A DNA stretch of 64,000 bases from Gammaproteobacteria bacterium (GCA_965221695.1 OZ244905.1:736001-800000); one strand, 5' to 3'; shown: positions 19,305 through 29,920, counted from the stretch's first letter. The notes: generated by a model not told the origin, from the sequence alone. Translations and numbers: made by a program.

Positions 19305-19470
19305 ACATGGATGAACAGGATATACAGGATATGATCTAGGATGATCATCCAGTTCTTTAACAAGAGTTCTACCAGTTCACTGGGAAAAACAAAAGAGATA
19401 TTCATGTTTCATCATCCTGAAATATCTTGAAAAACAAGATCATAATCCTGTATATCCTGTTCATCCATGT
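19305..19470. repeat. Inverted-repeat element with 26-bp perfect arms and 9-nt internal periodicity
   Basis: ACATGGATGAACAGGATATACAGGAT ... ATCCTGTATATCCTGTTCATCCATGT between guaB and guaA. Confidence 0.85.
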
Positions 19471-19473
19471 GAA

Positions 19474-20934
19474 TCACACGCGGTAATTTGGCGGTTCTTT
19501 GGTGATGGTCACATCATGGGCGTGGCTCTCTTTCATGCCTGCCCCGGTGAGTTTGACGAAGTTGGACCGGTTACGCATTTCCTCCAGGTTGTCACAGCCC
19601 GTGTAACCCATGGCCGCTCTCACACCCCCTGTCAACTGGTGTACGATCGCATTCAGTGGCCCCTTGTACGGCACCCGTCCCTCAATCCCTTCCGGCACCA
19701 GTTTTTCAATCTCATCGTTCTCCTGGAAATAGCGGTCGGATGAGCCGTGTTGCTGGGACATCGCACCCACGGAACCCATTCCCCGGTAAGTCTTGTAGGA
19801 ACGCCCCTGAAACAGTTCGACCTCGCCCGGGGCCTCTTCGGCGCCGGCAAACAAGCTGCCGATCATAACCGACCAGGCGCCCGCGGCCAGTGATTTGGCG
19901 ATGTCGCCGGAGTAACGGATGCCGCCGTCGGAGATGAGCGGGATATCGGTTCCCTTCAGGCTCTTGGCTACATTAGCGACGGCTGTGATCTGCGGCATGC
20001 CGACACCGGTCACGATACGGGTGGTACAAATCGAGCCAGGACCCACACCAACTTTCACTGCATCGGCGCCGGCATCGACCAGGGCTTGTGCGCCGTCTCC
20101 GGTCACCACATTGCCGGCAATCACCTCGCAGTCAGGATAGTCCGACTTGATAGCCCTGACGGCTTGCAGCACCCCCTCGGAGTGGCCGTGGGCGGTATCC
20201 ACTACCAGCACATCCACGCCTGCGGCGACCAGGGCGGCCACCCGCTCGCTGGTGCCGGGACCGACACCCACTGCGGCGCCCACCCGCAAGCGCTCATCCT
20301 CATCCTTGCAGGAGTTCGGAAATTCCCTGGCCTTGTGAATATCCTTCACCGTGACCATGCCCTTGAGTTCGAAGCTGTCGTTGACCACCAGGACTTTTTC
20401 GATCCTGTGCTTATGCAACAACGAGATGATCTCCTCGGCGCCGGCGTCTTCCTGGACCGTAACCAGGCGTTCCTTGGGCGTCATGATGTTGGCGACGGGA
20501 TCATCGTAGCGGGTTTCAAAGCGCAAGTCCCTGCTGGTCACAATCCCCACCAGGTCAGAACCATCGACCACGGGCACGCCGGATATGTTGTTTGCGTGGG
20601 TGACCTGCAGCACTTCGCCGATGCTGGTCTGCGGGCTGACGGTGACCGGGTCCCGGATCACTCCGGCCTCGTATTTCTTCACCTGCAACACCTCCCTGGC
20701 CTGCTGCTCGGGACTCATATTCTTGTGAATGATCCCCATCCCGCCCTGCGCCGCCAACGCAATGGCCAGGCGCGCCTCGGTGACCGTATCCATGGCCGCC
20801 GAGATAATCGGAATATTCAAGCTGATGCGTCGGGTAAGGCGGGTCTCCAGGCTGACCTGCCGGGGCAGAACCCGGGAATGAGCCGGGATTAGCAGGACAT
20901 CGTCAAAGGTGAGGGCTTCATCGATAATTTGCAT
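19474..20934 (-). CDS. guaB: IMP dehydrogenase
   Basis: [11 protein letters not shown] domains, [15 protein letters not shown]. Confidence 0.99.
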   Translation of the reverse strand: MQIIDEALTFDDVLLIPAHSRVLPRQVSLETRLTRRISLNIPIISAAMDTVTEARLAIALAAQGGMGIIHKNMSPEQQAREVLQVKKYEAGVIRDPVTVSPQTSIGEVLQVTHANNISGVPVVDGSDLVGIVTSRDLRFETRYDDPVANIMTPKERLVTVQEDAGAEEIISLLHKHRIEKVLVVNDSFELKGMVTVKDIHKAREFPNSCKDEDERLRVGAAVGVGPGTSERVAALVAAGVDVLVVDTAHGHSEGVLQAVRAIKSDYPDCEVIAGNVVTGDGAQALVDAGADAVKVGVGPGSICTTRIVTGVGMPQITAVANVAKSLKGTDIPLISDGGIRYSGDIAKSLAAGAWSVMIGSLFAGAEEAPGEVELFQGRSYKTYRGMGSVGAMSQQHGSSDRYFQENDEIEKLVPEGIEGRVPYKGPLNAIVHQLTGGVRAAMGYTGCDNLEEMRNRSNFVKLTGAGMKESHAHDVTITKEPPNYRV

Positions 20935-20996
20935 GACCTATTATACAATAAGCCAGTGTCGGGAACAAATTAAAACAGCCTATTCAGTGGAATAAT

Positions 20997-21208
20997 GTGT
21001 CGCCTGGAGGCGACTCGTTGTTTCACTGGATTCCCGCTTGCGCGGGAATGGGATAGGGGCGCTCACGTGAATGCTACCACAGTACCACTCTCGCCCCTGC
21101 TCAACGCCATACAGGGGTAGGCTGAAAAGCGGGAGTCCAGTCAAATTCTGTGTCGCCTGATAGGCGGCCCTTTGTTCCACTGGATTCCGGTTTGCACTGG
21201 AATGGTAC
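20997..21208. repeat. Composite REP-like cluster 1
   Basis: CTGGATTCCCGCTTGCGCGGGAATGG, GCGGGAGTCCAGT and GTCGCC-GGCGAC hairpins. Confidence 0.85.
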
Positions 21209-21282
21209 AAGGCGCAAGGTAGCCCATAAAACTTAGCCCATAAAACTTACACAGCAAATAAGCCTTAAGGCAGGAAACAAGA

Positions 21283-22626
21283 GTGGCAGAACCACAACGC
21301 GATATCTACAGTATCACCCGCCTTAACCGCGAGGTCAGGGCGGTGCTGGAAGACAGTTTTCCGCCTTCGTTATGGGTGCGCGGCGAGATTTCCAACCTGG
21401 CGCGCCCTGGGTCCGGCCACATTTACTTCTCCCTGAAAGACAAGCATTCCCAGGTTCGTTGCGCGCTGTTCCGAAGCGCCAGCCGCCACTTACGCGTCCC
21501 GCTGGAGAACGGCCAGGAAGTCCTGGTCAGGGCCGGCGTCAGCCTGTACGAAGGTCGGGGCGAATTCCAGTTGATCGTGGAACACCTGGAACCTGCCGGC
21601 GCCGGCGCCCTGCAACAGGCTTTTGAACAACTGAAACAACGCTTGCTGGAAGAGGGATTGTTCGCAGAGGAGCATAAACAACCGCTACCGGCATTTCCCG
21701 ACACGATCGGGGTCATCACTTCCCCCACGGGCGCCGCGCTCAGAGATATCATCCATGTCCTGGGAAGACGTTACCCGCGCGCCGGTGTTATCGTCTACCC
21801 TGTTCCCGTGCAGGGTGAAGATTCAGCCCGGCAGATTGCGCAAGCCATAGATGAAGCCAACCAGCGCCGGGAATGCGACGTGTTGATCCTCGCCCGGGGC
21901 GGCGGTTCCCTGGAGGACCTGTGGTCGTTCAACGAGGAGGTCGTTGCCAGGGCGATCTACAATTCGTTGCTTCCGTTGGTCAGCGGCATCGGTCACGAGA
22001 TAGACTTTACCATCGCAGATTTTGTCGCCGACCAGCGCGCGCCCACGCCTTCGGCTGCGGCTGAACTGGTCAGCCCTGACAGCGCCACATTGCTGTCCAA
22101 CCTGAGCATCCTGGATTCGCAACTGTGCCGGCGTGCCGATCAACTGCTGACTGCCCTACAACGCCATATTGAACAACTCGCCAAACGGCTGCCCCGCCCT
22201 GTTTACCTGTTACAGAACATGGCGCAGCGCATGGATGACCTGGCAATTCGACTGAGACTGGCGCTGGATAACCATATCGCGTTACGCCGGATTCGCCTGA
22301 ACCGGTTTGCCGATGTTCTCAGAAGCACGAGTCCAGTGCGGCAACTGGCAAGTTATCGCAACAAATGCGCAGAACTGGAAAATCAACTGCAAAACCATCT
22401 TATGCGCAGCCTGGAGACAAGAAAAAAACAACTGGACTACCTGTCCCACTCCCTGTTAACCATCAGCCCGCTTGCCACCCTGGAACGGGGCTACGCCATC
22501 GTCACTGATGAGAAGGACAACATCGTACGCCGGGCGGATCAATTAAAGGAAAATACAGAGATCAAAACCCGCTTCTCCAAGGGAAGCATTCGGTCAACAG
22601 TGCGTACAATCGATACGGAGAAATAA
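21283..22626 (+). CDS. xseA: Exodeoxyribonuclease VII large subunit
   Basis: GEISN..SGHIYFSLKD, RGGGSLEDLWSFN, GHEID, PTPSAAAE, LERGYA. Confidence 0.98.
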   Translation: MAEPQRDIYSITRLNREVRAVLEDSFPPSLWVRGEISNLARPGSGHIYFSLKDKHSQVRCALFRSASRHLRVPLENGQEVLVRAGVSLYEGRGEFQLIVEHLEPAGAGALQQAFEQLKQRLLEEGLFAEEHKQPLPAFPDTIGVITSPTGAALRDIIHVLGRRYPRAGVIVYPVPVQGEDSARQIAQAIDEANQRRECDVLILARGGGSLEDLWSFNEEVVARAIYNSLLPLVSGIGHEIDFTIADFVADQRAPTPSAAAELVSPDSATLLSNLSILDSQLCRRADQLLTALQRHIEQLAKRLPRPVYLLQNMAQRMDDLAIRLRLALDNHIALRRIRLNRFADVLRSTSPVRQLASYRNKCAELENQLQNHLMRSLETRKKQLDYLSHSLLTISPLATLERGYAIVTDEKDNIVRRADQLKENTEIKTRFSKGSIRSTVRTIDTEK

Positions 22627-22841
22627 AAGATATGAGGAAACGGATGGCAGGATTACTCTGGCCGATGGTTATCATCGCCTGAGCAGCGGATGTGATTCTG
22701 CGCCGAGTTCCCGAGTTTTGACCCTGTTGGTCTCAACCACGGCGTTACCCTAGCGTAGATATTAATTCTTGGGCGATATCGTATTTCTCTATTTTGCAGA
22801 TTGGAACCGGGTCTACAATTTCGTTACAAACGCTACAATCA

Positions 22842-23576
22842 TTATTCGGATTTTCTGTATGTGCTTAAAAATTTTGTCGCGTCCTTGGTAAATGTGGTTA
22901 CTACCCCGGTAGCAGCACATTTAATGTCAATTGGTTTGGTAGTGGATATGTTCTTGTTCTCGCCTGTAATGCCATGCCATGATTCGCCCCGTAATCCCTG
23001 CCATTGGGCCAAATAGAACAATGAGCCAAATTGTCGCGGTGGAGAAGTCTCAGCATCACAGCCCCCAGGCCAGTCCAATACCGGTAATTCACCTCTTTCT
23101 ACGCGACTGGTAAGCTCAGGATCAGACTTCCGGATCACCTTTCCGGTTCCATGGCATATTTTCAACGCATTATCCATGCCCAAGTGTTTATCGAATTTCT
23201 TACTATCTCCTGTAAACACTACAAGCCAGCCAGTTCGACTGCACATTAAAGGGATTTCTACTGAGGGAGTGATATCCAAGTCTAAACCCATCAGTCCCTG
23301 CAATTTAGCGAGGTAGTACAGGGTGCCGTATCTTGCTTTGAATATATGAGTACATTTGATGTCATCACCGATGCCGCCTTGCCAGACTAAAGTAGGCAAC
23401 TCGCCTTTCATAACCTTCTTAGTCAGCCAAGGCTTATCCTGACGCCACCTGCGGCCGTTCTCCCAACAGGTGATCAGTCCGCCATCATCCCCTTTCCAAC
23501 GCTTATCGTAGCTCATTTCAAAGCGGTCCGGCTCGGTAAATTTTCGAGTGATGCGCTGTATAGTATTAAATCTCAT
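22842..23576 (-). CDS. Hypothetical protein with an internal tandem duplication
   Basis: 244-aa ORF with a GGAG-free AT-rich context; two similar halves (GELP.L.W.GG / G.L.YLA..QGL.G / C..TG....FT). Confidence 0.7.
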   Translation of the reverse strand: MRFNTIQRITRKFTEPDRFEMSYDKRWKGDDGGLITCWENGRRWRQDKPWLTKKVMKGELPTLVWQGGIGDDIKCTHIFKARYGTLYYLAKLQGLMGLDLDITPSVEIPLMCSRTGWLVVFTGDSKKFDKHLGMDNALKICHGTGKVIRKSDPELTSRVERGELPVLDWPGGCDAETSPPRQFGSLFYLAQWQGLRGESWHGITGENKNISTTKPIDIKCAATGVVTTFTKDATKFLSTYRKSE

Positions 23577-23623
23577 GTCTTATATGGGGAGGTAAACCAA
23601 GTTGGTAATTTTTACTCCGTACT

Positions 23624-24673
23624 TTAAGGACGTTCTCTCTCTTCTTTCTCTGCAGATAATGTTTGTAATGGAACAGGTGGTTGATGGTTGGCAATCAGTG
23701 AAAGGAAATCCGTTTCGCTGATGATTTTTATTTCTTGTCCTTGCAAGATTCTCTCTTCCGCTTTGACATGTTTGTTACTTTTACCGGAGGAAGACGTGAT
23801 AAGTGGTGATACTTGTGAGCCGCTGACTAATATTGTTGTTTTACGAGTTACAGCGCTCTTAATCTCACACCCCATAAATGCGGCATAAGATTTAGCAATG
23901 TTTCTAGGAATTTGAAGTTCGCCTGTAAAAACAATCACTTCCCCATATAATTCCCCTTCAGTATTACACTCAATCGGTATTGATGCAGCGCTGTATGATC
24001 GGTGTTTTTGTCGTTTCTTTTGGGCTATTTCGCCTTCAAACAAATGAAGCCAATACTCCACATCAACATTGTGTTCGCGACAGGCTGCCAATGTAATCTC
24101 CGCAGCGGCAATAGCATCCTCCAGTGCGTCATGATGTTTAAATTCATGCCCAATGTAATATGATACATTTTTTAGCCCATATCCTCGCTGGCCAAACTTT
24201 TCCGGCCAGGCCCGTCGTGCTATTTTGGCACTGTCAAGCCAATATACCTGTAATTGCTCCAGGTCGTATTTATCCATAGCCATCTCGAAAGCGCCACGGT
24301 CATACGGTGTATGTGAGACAAGGATCTGACCTCGAAGACGCTGTCGTAATTCCTCTCGGACTTCCGGCATTGTAGGAGCGCCTTGGACATCCGCTTGCGT
24401 GATACCATGTATCTTGATATTCCAATCATCAAATTCATCTTCGGGGTCGATCAATGTGCACCAACGATCAACTACCTGCCCATCAACAATATGGGCAATC
24501 CCGATTTGGCAGATGGTTGACCTGTCTCTGTTTGCAGTTTCTACGTCGACAACATTGAAATTTTGGCCGCATCCTGCCACATCTTCAGGACTCAATTGTT
24601 GTTCATTTCTATTATTTCGCATTCTGATGACGAAACTATCAGGATCGGATAATAAAGCATGAATGTTAATCAT
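23624..24673 (-). CDS. DEDDh 3'-5' exonuclease (DnaQ-like) with C-terminal BRCT domain
   Basis: VVDVETAN, ICQIG, IHGIT, HHDALEDA; IVFTGEL...AVTRKTTILVSG...KAE...IISETDF. Confidence 0.88.
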   Translation of the reverse strand: MINIHALLSDPDSFVIRMRNNRNEQQLSPEDVAGCGQNFNVVDVETANRDRSTICQIGIAHIVDGQVVDRWCTLIDPEDEFDDWNIKIHGITQADVQGAPTMPEVREELRQRLRGQILVSHTPYDRGAFEMAMDKYDLEQLQVYWLDSAKIARRAWPEKFGQRGYGLKNVSYYIGHEFKHHDALEDAIAAAEITLAACREHNVDVEYWLHLFEGEIAQKKRQKHRSYSAASIPIECNTEGELYGEVIVFTGELQIPRNIAKSYAAFMGCEIKSAVTRKTTILVSGSQVSPLITSSSGKSNKHVKAEERILQGQEIKIISETDFLSLIANHQPPVPLQTLSAEKEERERP

Positions 24674-24903
24674 TTGCTTTGCTTTCCTATTACCGTTTCA
24701 ATTTAATTCTGACAGATGGGCGGCTGAAGATCAATCAAGTGCCGGGAGTTGACTGAGGGGGGATTGCCAGTGCCAGACTGCGCACCACGCTGGGCTGATT
24801 CGTACCGGAGATAATGGACCAGACGATTACGGCGGCTTTGCCAGAAGGAGTTCCTCCAACACCTATAACAATAGGTTTCCGGATCGCTGAGTGTCAGGCC
24901 ACC

Positions 24904-25023
24904 CGGAGTCAATATCTTGTCAATGAAGCCATGTTGACTGGCTTCATCCGGGGTCAGGTCTTTTATCTTTTCAGCAGTGTCGATCAGTTGATCGATACTT
25001 TTGCCGCCGACAATACGTATCAA
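24904..25023 (-). pseudogene. Possible remnant of a ClpP-like protease C-terminus
   Basis: GKSIDQL...LTPDEASQHGFIDKIL resembles the ClpP C-terminal motif; no N-terminal part present. Confidence 0.3.
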
Positions 25024-25047
25024 TTCAATATAACAAAATCGGGGACG

Positions 25048-25079
25048 GTTTAAATTTCAGTCTGTTTAAATTTCAGTCT
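25048..25079 (+). repeat. 16-bp tandem duplication GTTTAAATTTCAGTCT x2
   Basis: Exact direct repeat at the islet/TA junction. Confidence 0.8.
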
Positions 25080-25107
25080 TGCAATATACCAATGAATGGT
25101 ATATAGT
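25079..25107 (+). promoter_or_regulatory. TA promoter with operator
   Basis: TTGCAA-17-TATAGT overlapping the perfect IR ATATACCA-N5-TGGTATAT (25084-25104). Confidence 0.7.
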
Positions 25108-25115
25108 CATACATT

Positions 25116-25382
25116 ATGACATGGACCGTTCGCCTGACCAGAAAAGCATTTAAGCAACTAAGGAAACTGCCACTTGTATTGCAAGATCTGGCTGACCTTG
25201 CCATCACTGACCTTGAGGAACAGGGTACCAGTCCTCAAGGATGGGATACTTTGAAAACGGGCGAAGGTGAATATCGTCTGCGTATCAATTACCGTTACCG
25301 AATGCGTTATCGCATTTTGGCTGAACAGACTTTGGAAATCGAAATATTTTATATAGGCCATCGTCGAGAAGCATACAGATGA
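25116..25382 (+). CDS. RelE/ParE-superfamily toxin (HigB-like gene order)
   Basis: 88 aa; WTVRLTRKAFKQLRKLP, YRLRI..RYRM.Y, IGHRREAY. Confidence 0.85.
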   Translation: MTWTVRLTRKAFKQLRKLPLVLQDLADLAITDLEEQGTSPQGWDTLKTGEGEYRLRINYRYRMRYRILAEQTLEIEIFYIGHRREAYR

Positions 25383-25750
25383 CTCATACATTGGAAATTG
25401 ATCACGATCTGGGTAATGTGACAGTGCTGCCCGTTGTTGAAGTGGACCGGACACGGCTGAAACGCATGATACGTTCGACACTCGACAGTTATATGCACGC
25501 GGAGCATGTGCCCGCCCAAGCAGTTCACGATGAAGCCAGGCAGCGTCATGGTGATAGTTATATGACTCCGGGATATCACCTGAGGTTATACCGGCTGCGG
25601 GCTGGGTTCACGCAAACAGAGCTGGCTGGCCGTACCGGGATGCACCAGCGACATCTTTCTGAAATGGAAAATAACAAACGACCGTTGGGCAAAACGACGG
25701 CCAGGAAATTGGCGCGAATATTGGGTTGTGATTACCGAAGACTGTTGTGA
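25379..25750 (+). CDS. XRE-family HTH antitoxin (HigA-like)
   Basis: LRLYRLRAGFTQTELA...HLSEMENNKRPLG; overlaps the toxin stop. Confidence 0.85.
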   Translation: MTHTLEIDHDLGNVTVLPVVEVDRTRLKRMIRSTLDSYMHAEHVPAQAVHDEARQRHGDSYMTPGYHLRLYRLRAGFTQTELAGRTGMHQRHLSEMENNKRPLGKTTARKLARILGCDYRRLL

Positions 25751-25774
25751 GGCAGTCCGTTCCGGGTAGTACTA

Positions 25775-26725
25775 CTAGTGCCCGGCTGCCTGCAGGTCAG
25801 CATGGTACGAGGAGCGCACCATCGGCGCGCTGGCCACGCTGGTAAACCCCAGTTGCCTGGCGTACTCACCCAGTTCGGCAAACTCTGACGGCTGCACGAA
25901 TCGCTCGACCTGGAGGTGGTAGCGGCTTGGTTGCAGGTACTGGCCCAGGGTCAGCATGTCGCAGTCGTGTTCCCTGAGATCGCGCAGCACCTGCTTCACG
26001 TCGTCAATCTCTTCGCCCAATCCCAGCATGAGGCCGGATTTTGTCGGTATCTCCGGACTTTGCGCCTTGAACCTGCGGATCAGTTCCAGCGACCACTCGT
26101 AATCGGCGCCGGGCCTGGCCTTGCGATACAGCGCAGGGGTGGTCTCCAGGTTGTGGTTGAATACATCGGGAGGCGCCTCGCCCAGCCGTTCCAGTGCAAT
26201 CTCCATACGCCGGCGGAAGTCCGGAGTCAGAATTTCGATACGGGTGGCAGGGGTCTTGCGGCGCACAGCCCTGATACAATCCCTGAAATGCCCGGCCCCG
26301 CCGTCGCGCAGGTCGTCCCGGTCGACGGAAGTAATCACAACGTATTTTAGCCCCATGATCTTAACGGCGTCGGCCAAATGTTCCGGTTCGTTTTCATCCA
26401 GGGGTTGCGGGCGGCCATGGGCCACGTCACAGAACGGGCAACGCCGGGTGCAGGTATCGCCCATGATCATGAAGGTGGCGGTACCGCGCGCAAAGCACTC
26501 ACCCAGGTTGGGACAGGAGGCCTCCTCACAGACCGTATGCAGAGAGCGTTCCCGCAACAGCCGCTTCAATTCGATTACCTTGGGATCCGTAGGCGCTTTT
26601 GCCCTGATCCAGTCGGGCTTTCTCGGCGCTTTACCTTCCATGGGGATCACCTTTACGGGGATGCGCGCGGTTTTGAATTTGCCGCGCCGCTCTTCTTTTG
26701 TCAGGTTTTCCAGTGCTGTTGCCAT
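25775..26725 (-). CDS. lipA: Lipoyl synthase
   Basis: [26 protein letters not shown]. Confidence 0.99.
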   Translation of the reverse strand: MATALENLTKEERRGKFKTARIPVKVIPMEGKAPRKPDWIRAKAPTDPKVIELKRLLRERSLHTVCEEASCPNLGECFARGTATFMIMGDTCTRRCPFCDVAHGRPQPLDENEPEHLADAVKIMGLKYVVITSVDRDDLRDGGAGHFRDCIRAVRRKTPATRIEILTPDFRRRMEIALERLGEAPPDVFNHNLETTPALYRKARPGADYEWSLELIRRFKAQSPEIPTKSGLMLGLGEEIDDVKQVLRDLREHDCDMLTLGQYLQPSRYHLQVERFVQPSEFAELGEYARQLGFTSVASAPMVRSSYHADLQAAGH

Positions 26726-26735
26726 AGTAATATCG

Positions 26736-27383
26736 CTATTCCGGTACAATTTTATCAAACAATTCGAACTCTTCGTATGCAAAAAGGTTCAGCAGGCAGG
26801 GCAAAAATTGCTTAACCGCGTCACCGACCGTCAAATCCACGCCCTGGTCCGCCAGTTGGGTGACCTCCAGGCCGGGATAACCGCAGGGATTGATGCGCCG
26901 GAACGGGGACAAGTCCATGTTTATGTTCAGGGCCAGTCCGTGGTAGCAACATCCTTTCCTCACCCGCACACCCAGGGCCGCGATCTTGCTGTCGGTCAGG
27001 TACACACCCGGCATACGCGGACGGCGGCGCCCGTCCAGGTCGAACATTGCCAGGAAATCAATGACCGCCTGCTCCAGCAGGAAAACGTACTCTTTAATGG
27101 ACATTTCCAGTCGTTTCAGGTCGAGCAACGGGTAAATGACCAATTGGCCTTGGCCGTGGTAGGTCACCTGCCCGCCCCGGTCGGTTTTGTATACTGGAAT
27201 GACCCCTGGGTCCAACAGGTGCTCAACCTTGCCGGCCAGGCCGAGGGTAAATACCGGCTCGTGTTCCAGGCACCAGATTTCATCCTCGCTGTCCGGGCCG
27301 CGCCGGTCAGTCAATGCAACCATATCGTCATAAATGGCCTGGTATTTCTGCAGGCCGAATTGTCGGATTAAGACCTTGCTCAC
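26736..27383 (-). CDS. lipB: Octanoyltransferase
   Basis: [30 protein letters not shown]. Confidence 0.98.
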   Translation of the reverse strand: MSKVLIRQFGLQKYQAIYDDMVALTDRRGPDSEDEIWCLEHEPVFTLGLAGKVEHLLDPGVIPVYKTDRGGQVTYHGQGQLVIYPLLDLKRLEMSIKEYVFLLEQAVIDFLAMFDLDGRRRPRMPGVYLTDSKIAALGVRVRKGCCYHGLALNINMDLSPFRRINPCGYPGLEVTQLADQGVDLTVGDAVKQFLPCLLNLFAYEEFELFDKIVPE

Positions 27384-27389
27384 TGATGT

Positions 27390-27413
27390 TTCACATGGAT
27401 GGACAGGATATAT
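27390..27413. repeat. Single arm of the 9-nt-periodic IR element
   Basis: TTCACATGGATGGACAGGATATAT just upstream of lipB. Confidence 0.65.
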
Positions 27414-27508
27414 TCAAAAAATGCTGTATGATAGCCATGGTGTCGGACATACCGTAATTTCAGTATAATCCAAGGCAGTCAGAAAACCTTATGTTATAGG
27501 AGACGCTC

Positions 27509-27889
27509 ATGAAGTTCTCAACTTTGTGGTTACCATTTATCCTGGTTATCGGCATTGCATTCATGCAGACCACGCTGGTCCGGGCCGATTCCGCATCCAC
27601 TGAGGTCATTGAAACCTGTCCCATGCCGGAAAAGCCTTCCATCCCGAACGGACTGAAGTCCAGCGAGGAAGAAATGCTGACCGCGCAACGGAGCATCAAG
27701 GACTATATTACCAGCGGCGAGGCCGTATTAACCTGCCTTGATGGACTCAAACAAAGCTGGGGAGAGACCGCCACTGAGGAACAATTGCAGATTAACAACC
27801 TGTTCCACAATAAAATGGTGGATGAAATGCAGTCAATTGGCGAACTTTTCAATTCGGCTGTCAGGGCGTACAAGGGCAGAAACCAGTAA
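27509..27889 (+). CDS. Hypothetical secreted helical protein
   Basis: Signal peptide, two Cys (CPMP...LTCLD), AGGAG RBS. Confidence 0.75.
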   Translation: MKFSTLWLPFILVIGIAFMQTTLVRADSASTEVIETCPMPEKPSIPNGLKSSEEEMLTAQRSIKDYITSGEAVLTCLDGLKQSWGETATEEQLQINNLFHNKMVDEMQSIGELFNSAVRAYKGRNQ

Positions 27890-27960
27890 ATTGTTGTCAA
27901 CCCGCGGCGCTCCCTAAACCCTCATAACCGGGCAAGCCGTGAGGTATTGTTTTATTTCGC

Positions 27961-28890
27961 ATGAAAGCGCTGGAAATTAATCGCCTGGAAAAAACCTACG
28001 GGAATGGTTTCCAAGCGCTGAAGGGAATCGACCTGGACGTGGATGAAGGTGATTTCTTCGCGTTGCTCGGTCCTAATGGCGCCGGTAAATCCACGACCAT
28101 CGGTATTATCACCTCGCTGGTTACCAAAACCGCGGGCAGCGTCAGAATCCTCGGGCTGGATATTGATACCCATGCCACCGAGAGCAAATCCCGGCTCGGC
28201 ATCGTCCCCCAGGAGGTCAACTTCTCGCTGTTCGAGACTTGCCTCAATATCCTGCTGAACCAGGCCGGGTATTATGGAATCGGCCGCAAACAAGCATACA
28301 AAAGGGCGGAGAAATACCTCAAACAACTGGGAATGTGGGAGCGGCGCAACCAAATCTCCCGTACCCTGTCCGGCGGGCTCAAACGCCGCCTGATGATAGC
28401 CAGGGCGCTGATCCATGAGCCGGAACTGTTATTGCTGGATGAACCGACTGCCGGAGTGGATGTGGAACTACGCCGTTCCACCTGGGATTTTCTGAAAGAG
28501 ATCAATCGCAACGGCACGACCATTGTCCTGACCACCCATTACCTGGAAGAGGCAGAGAGCCTGTGCCGGAACATTGCCATTATCGACAAGGGAGCGATCA
28601 TCGAATACGGCGATAAAAAAGACCTGCTGGCCCAATTGCATTCGGAGACGTTTATCCTGGACCTGGTCAGCCCCATCGAGAAATTGCCGGAAATGCCGTT
28701 CCTGGATATACGCCAGATCGACCCGATGACCCTGGAAGTAGTCATCAACAAGGAGCAGAACGCGAACGCCGTGTTCGAAATGCTGTCTGAACACTGGATT
28801 ATCGTGAGCAGCATGCGCAACAAGACCAATCGCCTGGAAGAGTTGTTTATCCGCTTACTCGACGACAACGGGCAGGAAAATGCCTCCTGA
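27961..28890 (+). CDS. ABC transporter ATP-binding protein (YadG-like)
   Basis: GPNGAGKST, LSGG, LLDEPT, TTHYLEEAE. Confidence 0.95.
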   Translation: MKALEINRLEKTYGNGFQALKGIDLDVDEGDFFALLGPNGAGKSTTIGIITSLVTKTAGSVRILGLDIDTHATESKSRLGIVPQEVNFSLFETCLNILLNQAGYYGIGRKQAYKRAEKYLKQLGMWERRNQISRTLSGGLKRRLMIARALIHEPELLLLDEPTAGVDVELRRSTWDFLKEINRNGTTIVLTTHYLEEAESLCRNIAIIDKGAIIEYGDKKDLLAQLHSETFILDLVSPIEKLPEMPFLDIRQIDPMTLEVVINKEQNANAVFEMLSEHWIIVSSMRNKTNRLEELFIRLLDDNGQENAS

Positions 28891-29656
28891 TCGCCTTTTC
28901 ATTGCCTACAGGACGATCGTTTCCAAGGAGATCACCCGGTTCATGCGCATCTGGTCGCAAACCATCCTGCCCGCGGCGATCAGCATGGCGCTCTACTTCA
29001 TCATTTTCGGCAACCTGATCGGCCCTCGCATCGGCGTGATGGGCGGTTTTTCCTACATGGAGTTCATTGCCCCCGGGATCATTATGATGTCGATCATCAA
29101 CAACGCTTATTCCAATGTCTCCTCGTCTTTCTTCGGGGCGCGCTTTCAGCGCCACATTGAAGAGATGCTGGTCGCACCCATACCGTACTGGATAATCCTC
29201 GCGGGTTACATCTCCGGCGGGGTGCTCAGGGGCCTGATGGTAGGCATGATCGTAACGGTCATAGCGCTGTTTTTCATCGGTTTGCCTTCGGTTTACAGTC
29301 CTGTCATCGTCATCAGCACCGTGGTCCTGACCTCCGTCCTGTTCTCCCTGGGCGGTTTTCTCAACGGCATGTTTGCGAACAACTTCGATGACATCTCCAT
29401 CATTCCGACGTTCGTTCTGACCCCGCTGATATACCTGGGCGGCGTGTTCTATTCCATAGACCTGTTGCCGGACATCTGGCAATCAATCTCCCGGGCCAAC
29501 CCGATACTGTACATGGTAAACGCGTTCCGCTACGGCTTCCTGGGCGTCTCCGACATCAGCATCGAGGTCGCATTCATCATCATCCTGCTGTTTATCCTGA
29601 TCCTGTCGTCCCTGTCCCTTTACCTGTTACATCGGGGAGCGGGGATAAAGACCTAA
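28880..29656 (+). CDS. ABC-2 permease (YadH-like)
   Basis: RFMRIWSQTILP, YSNVSSSFF, YLGGVFYS, NAFRYGFLG. Confidence 0.95.
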   Translation: MPPDRLFIAYRTIVSKEITRFMRIWSQTILPAAISMALYFIIFGNLIGPRIGVMGGFSYMEFIAPGIIMMSIINNAYSNVSSSFFGARFQRHIEEMLVAPIPYWIILAGYISGGVLRGLMVGMIVTVIALFFIGLPSVYSPVIVISTVVLTSVLFSLGGFLNGMFANNFDDISIIPTFVLTPLIYLGGVFYSIDLLPDIWQSISRANPILYMVNAFRYGFLGVSDISIEVAFIIILLFILILSSLSLYLLHRGAGIKT

Positions 29657-29920
29657 TTACAAATCCAGCACTAGCAAATCGCTTTTGGAACGGGAGCAGC
29701 ACAGGGTCATCTGGTTGTTGGCTGCCTTTTCCTCATCGGTTTGAAACATGTCATTGTGCTCCGGTTCCCCTTCCAGCACGCCCGTCAGGCAGGTGCCGCA
29801 GATGCCTTGTTCGCAGGATACTGGGATGATAATCCCATGTTCGCCCAGTGCATCGACGATCCTGACGCCGTCTTCAACGGTAATTACCTCACCACTGCTT
29901 GCGATTTTTACTTTAAACAT
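29657..29920 (-). CDS. Stand-alone plant-type [2Fe-2S] ferredoxin (VanB C-terminal-like)
   Basis: SCEQGICGTC...CCSRSKS.LLVLDL; GGAG RBS 8 nt before ATG. Confidence 0.9.
   Translation of the reverse strand: MFKVKIASSGEVITVEDGVRIVDALGEHGIIIPVSCEQGICGTCLTGVLEGEPEHNDMFQTDEEKAANNQMTLCCSRSKSDLLVLDL

Noticed and set aside
20980-21210. Short ORFs over REP clusters (also 34301, 38915, 39019, 57693, 63023)
   Set aside because: Translations of the repeats (FPRKRES, WTPAFAGV), not genes
21220-21249. 14-bp tandem TAGCCCATAAAACT x2 upstream of xseA
   Set aside because: Real, but most simply a slippage duplication; no evidence of function
22632-22760. Possible truncated gene after xseA (MRKRMAGLLWPMVIIA-stop)
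   Set aside because: Too short and has no recognisable homology; cannot be supported
26121-27371. 416-aa plus-strand ORF
   Set aside because: Antisense shadow of lipA/lipB with no recognisable motifs
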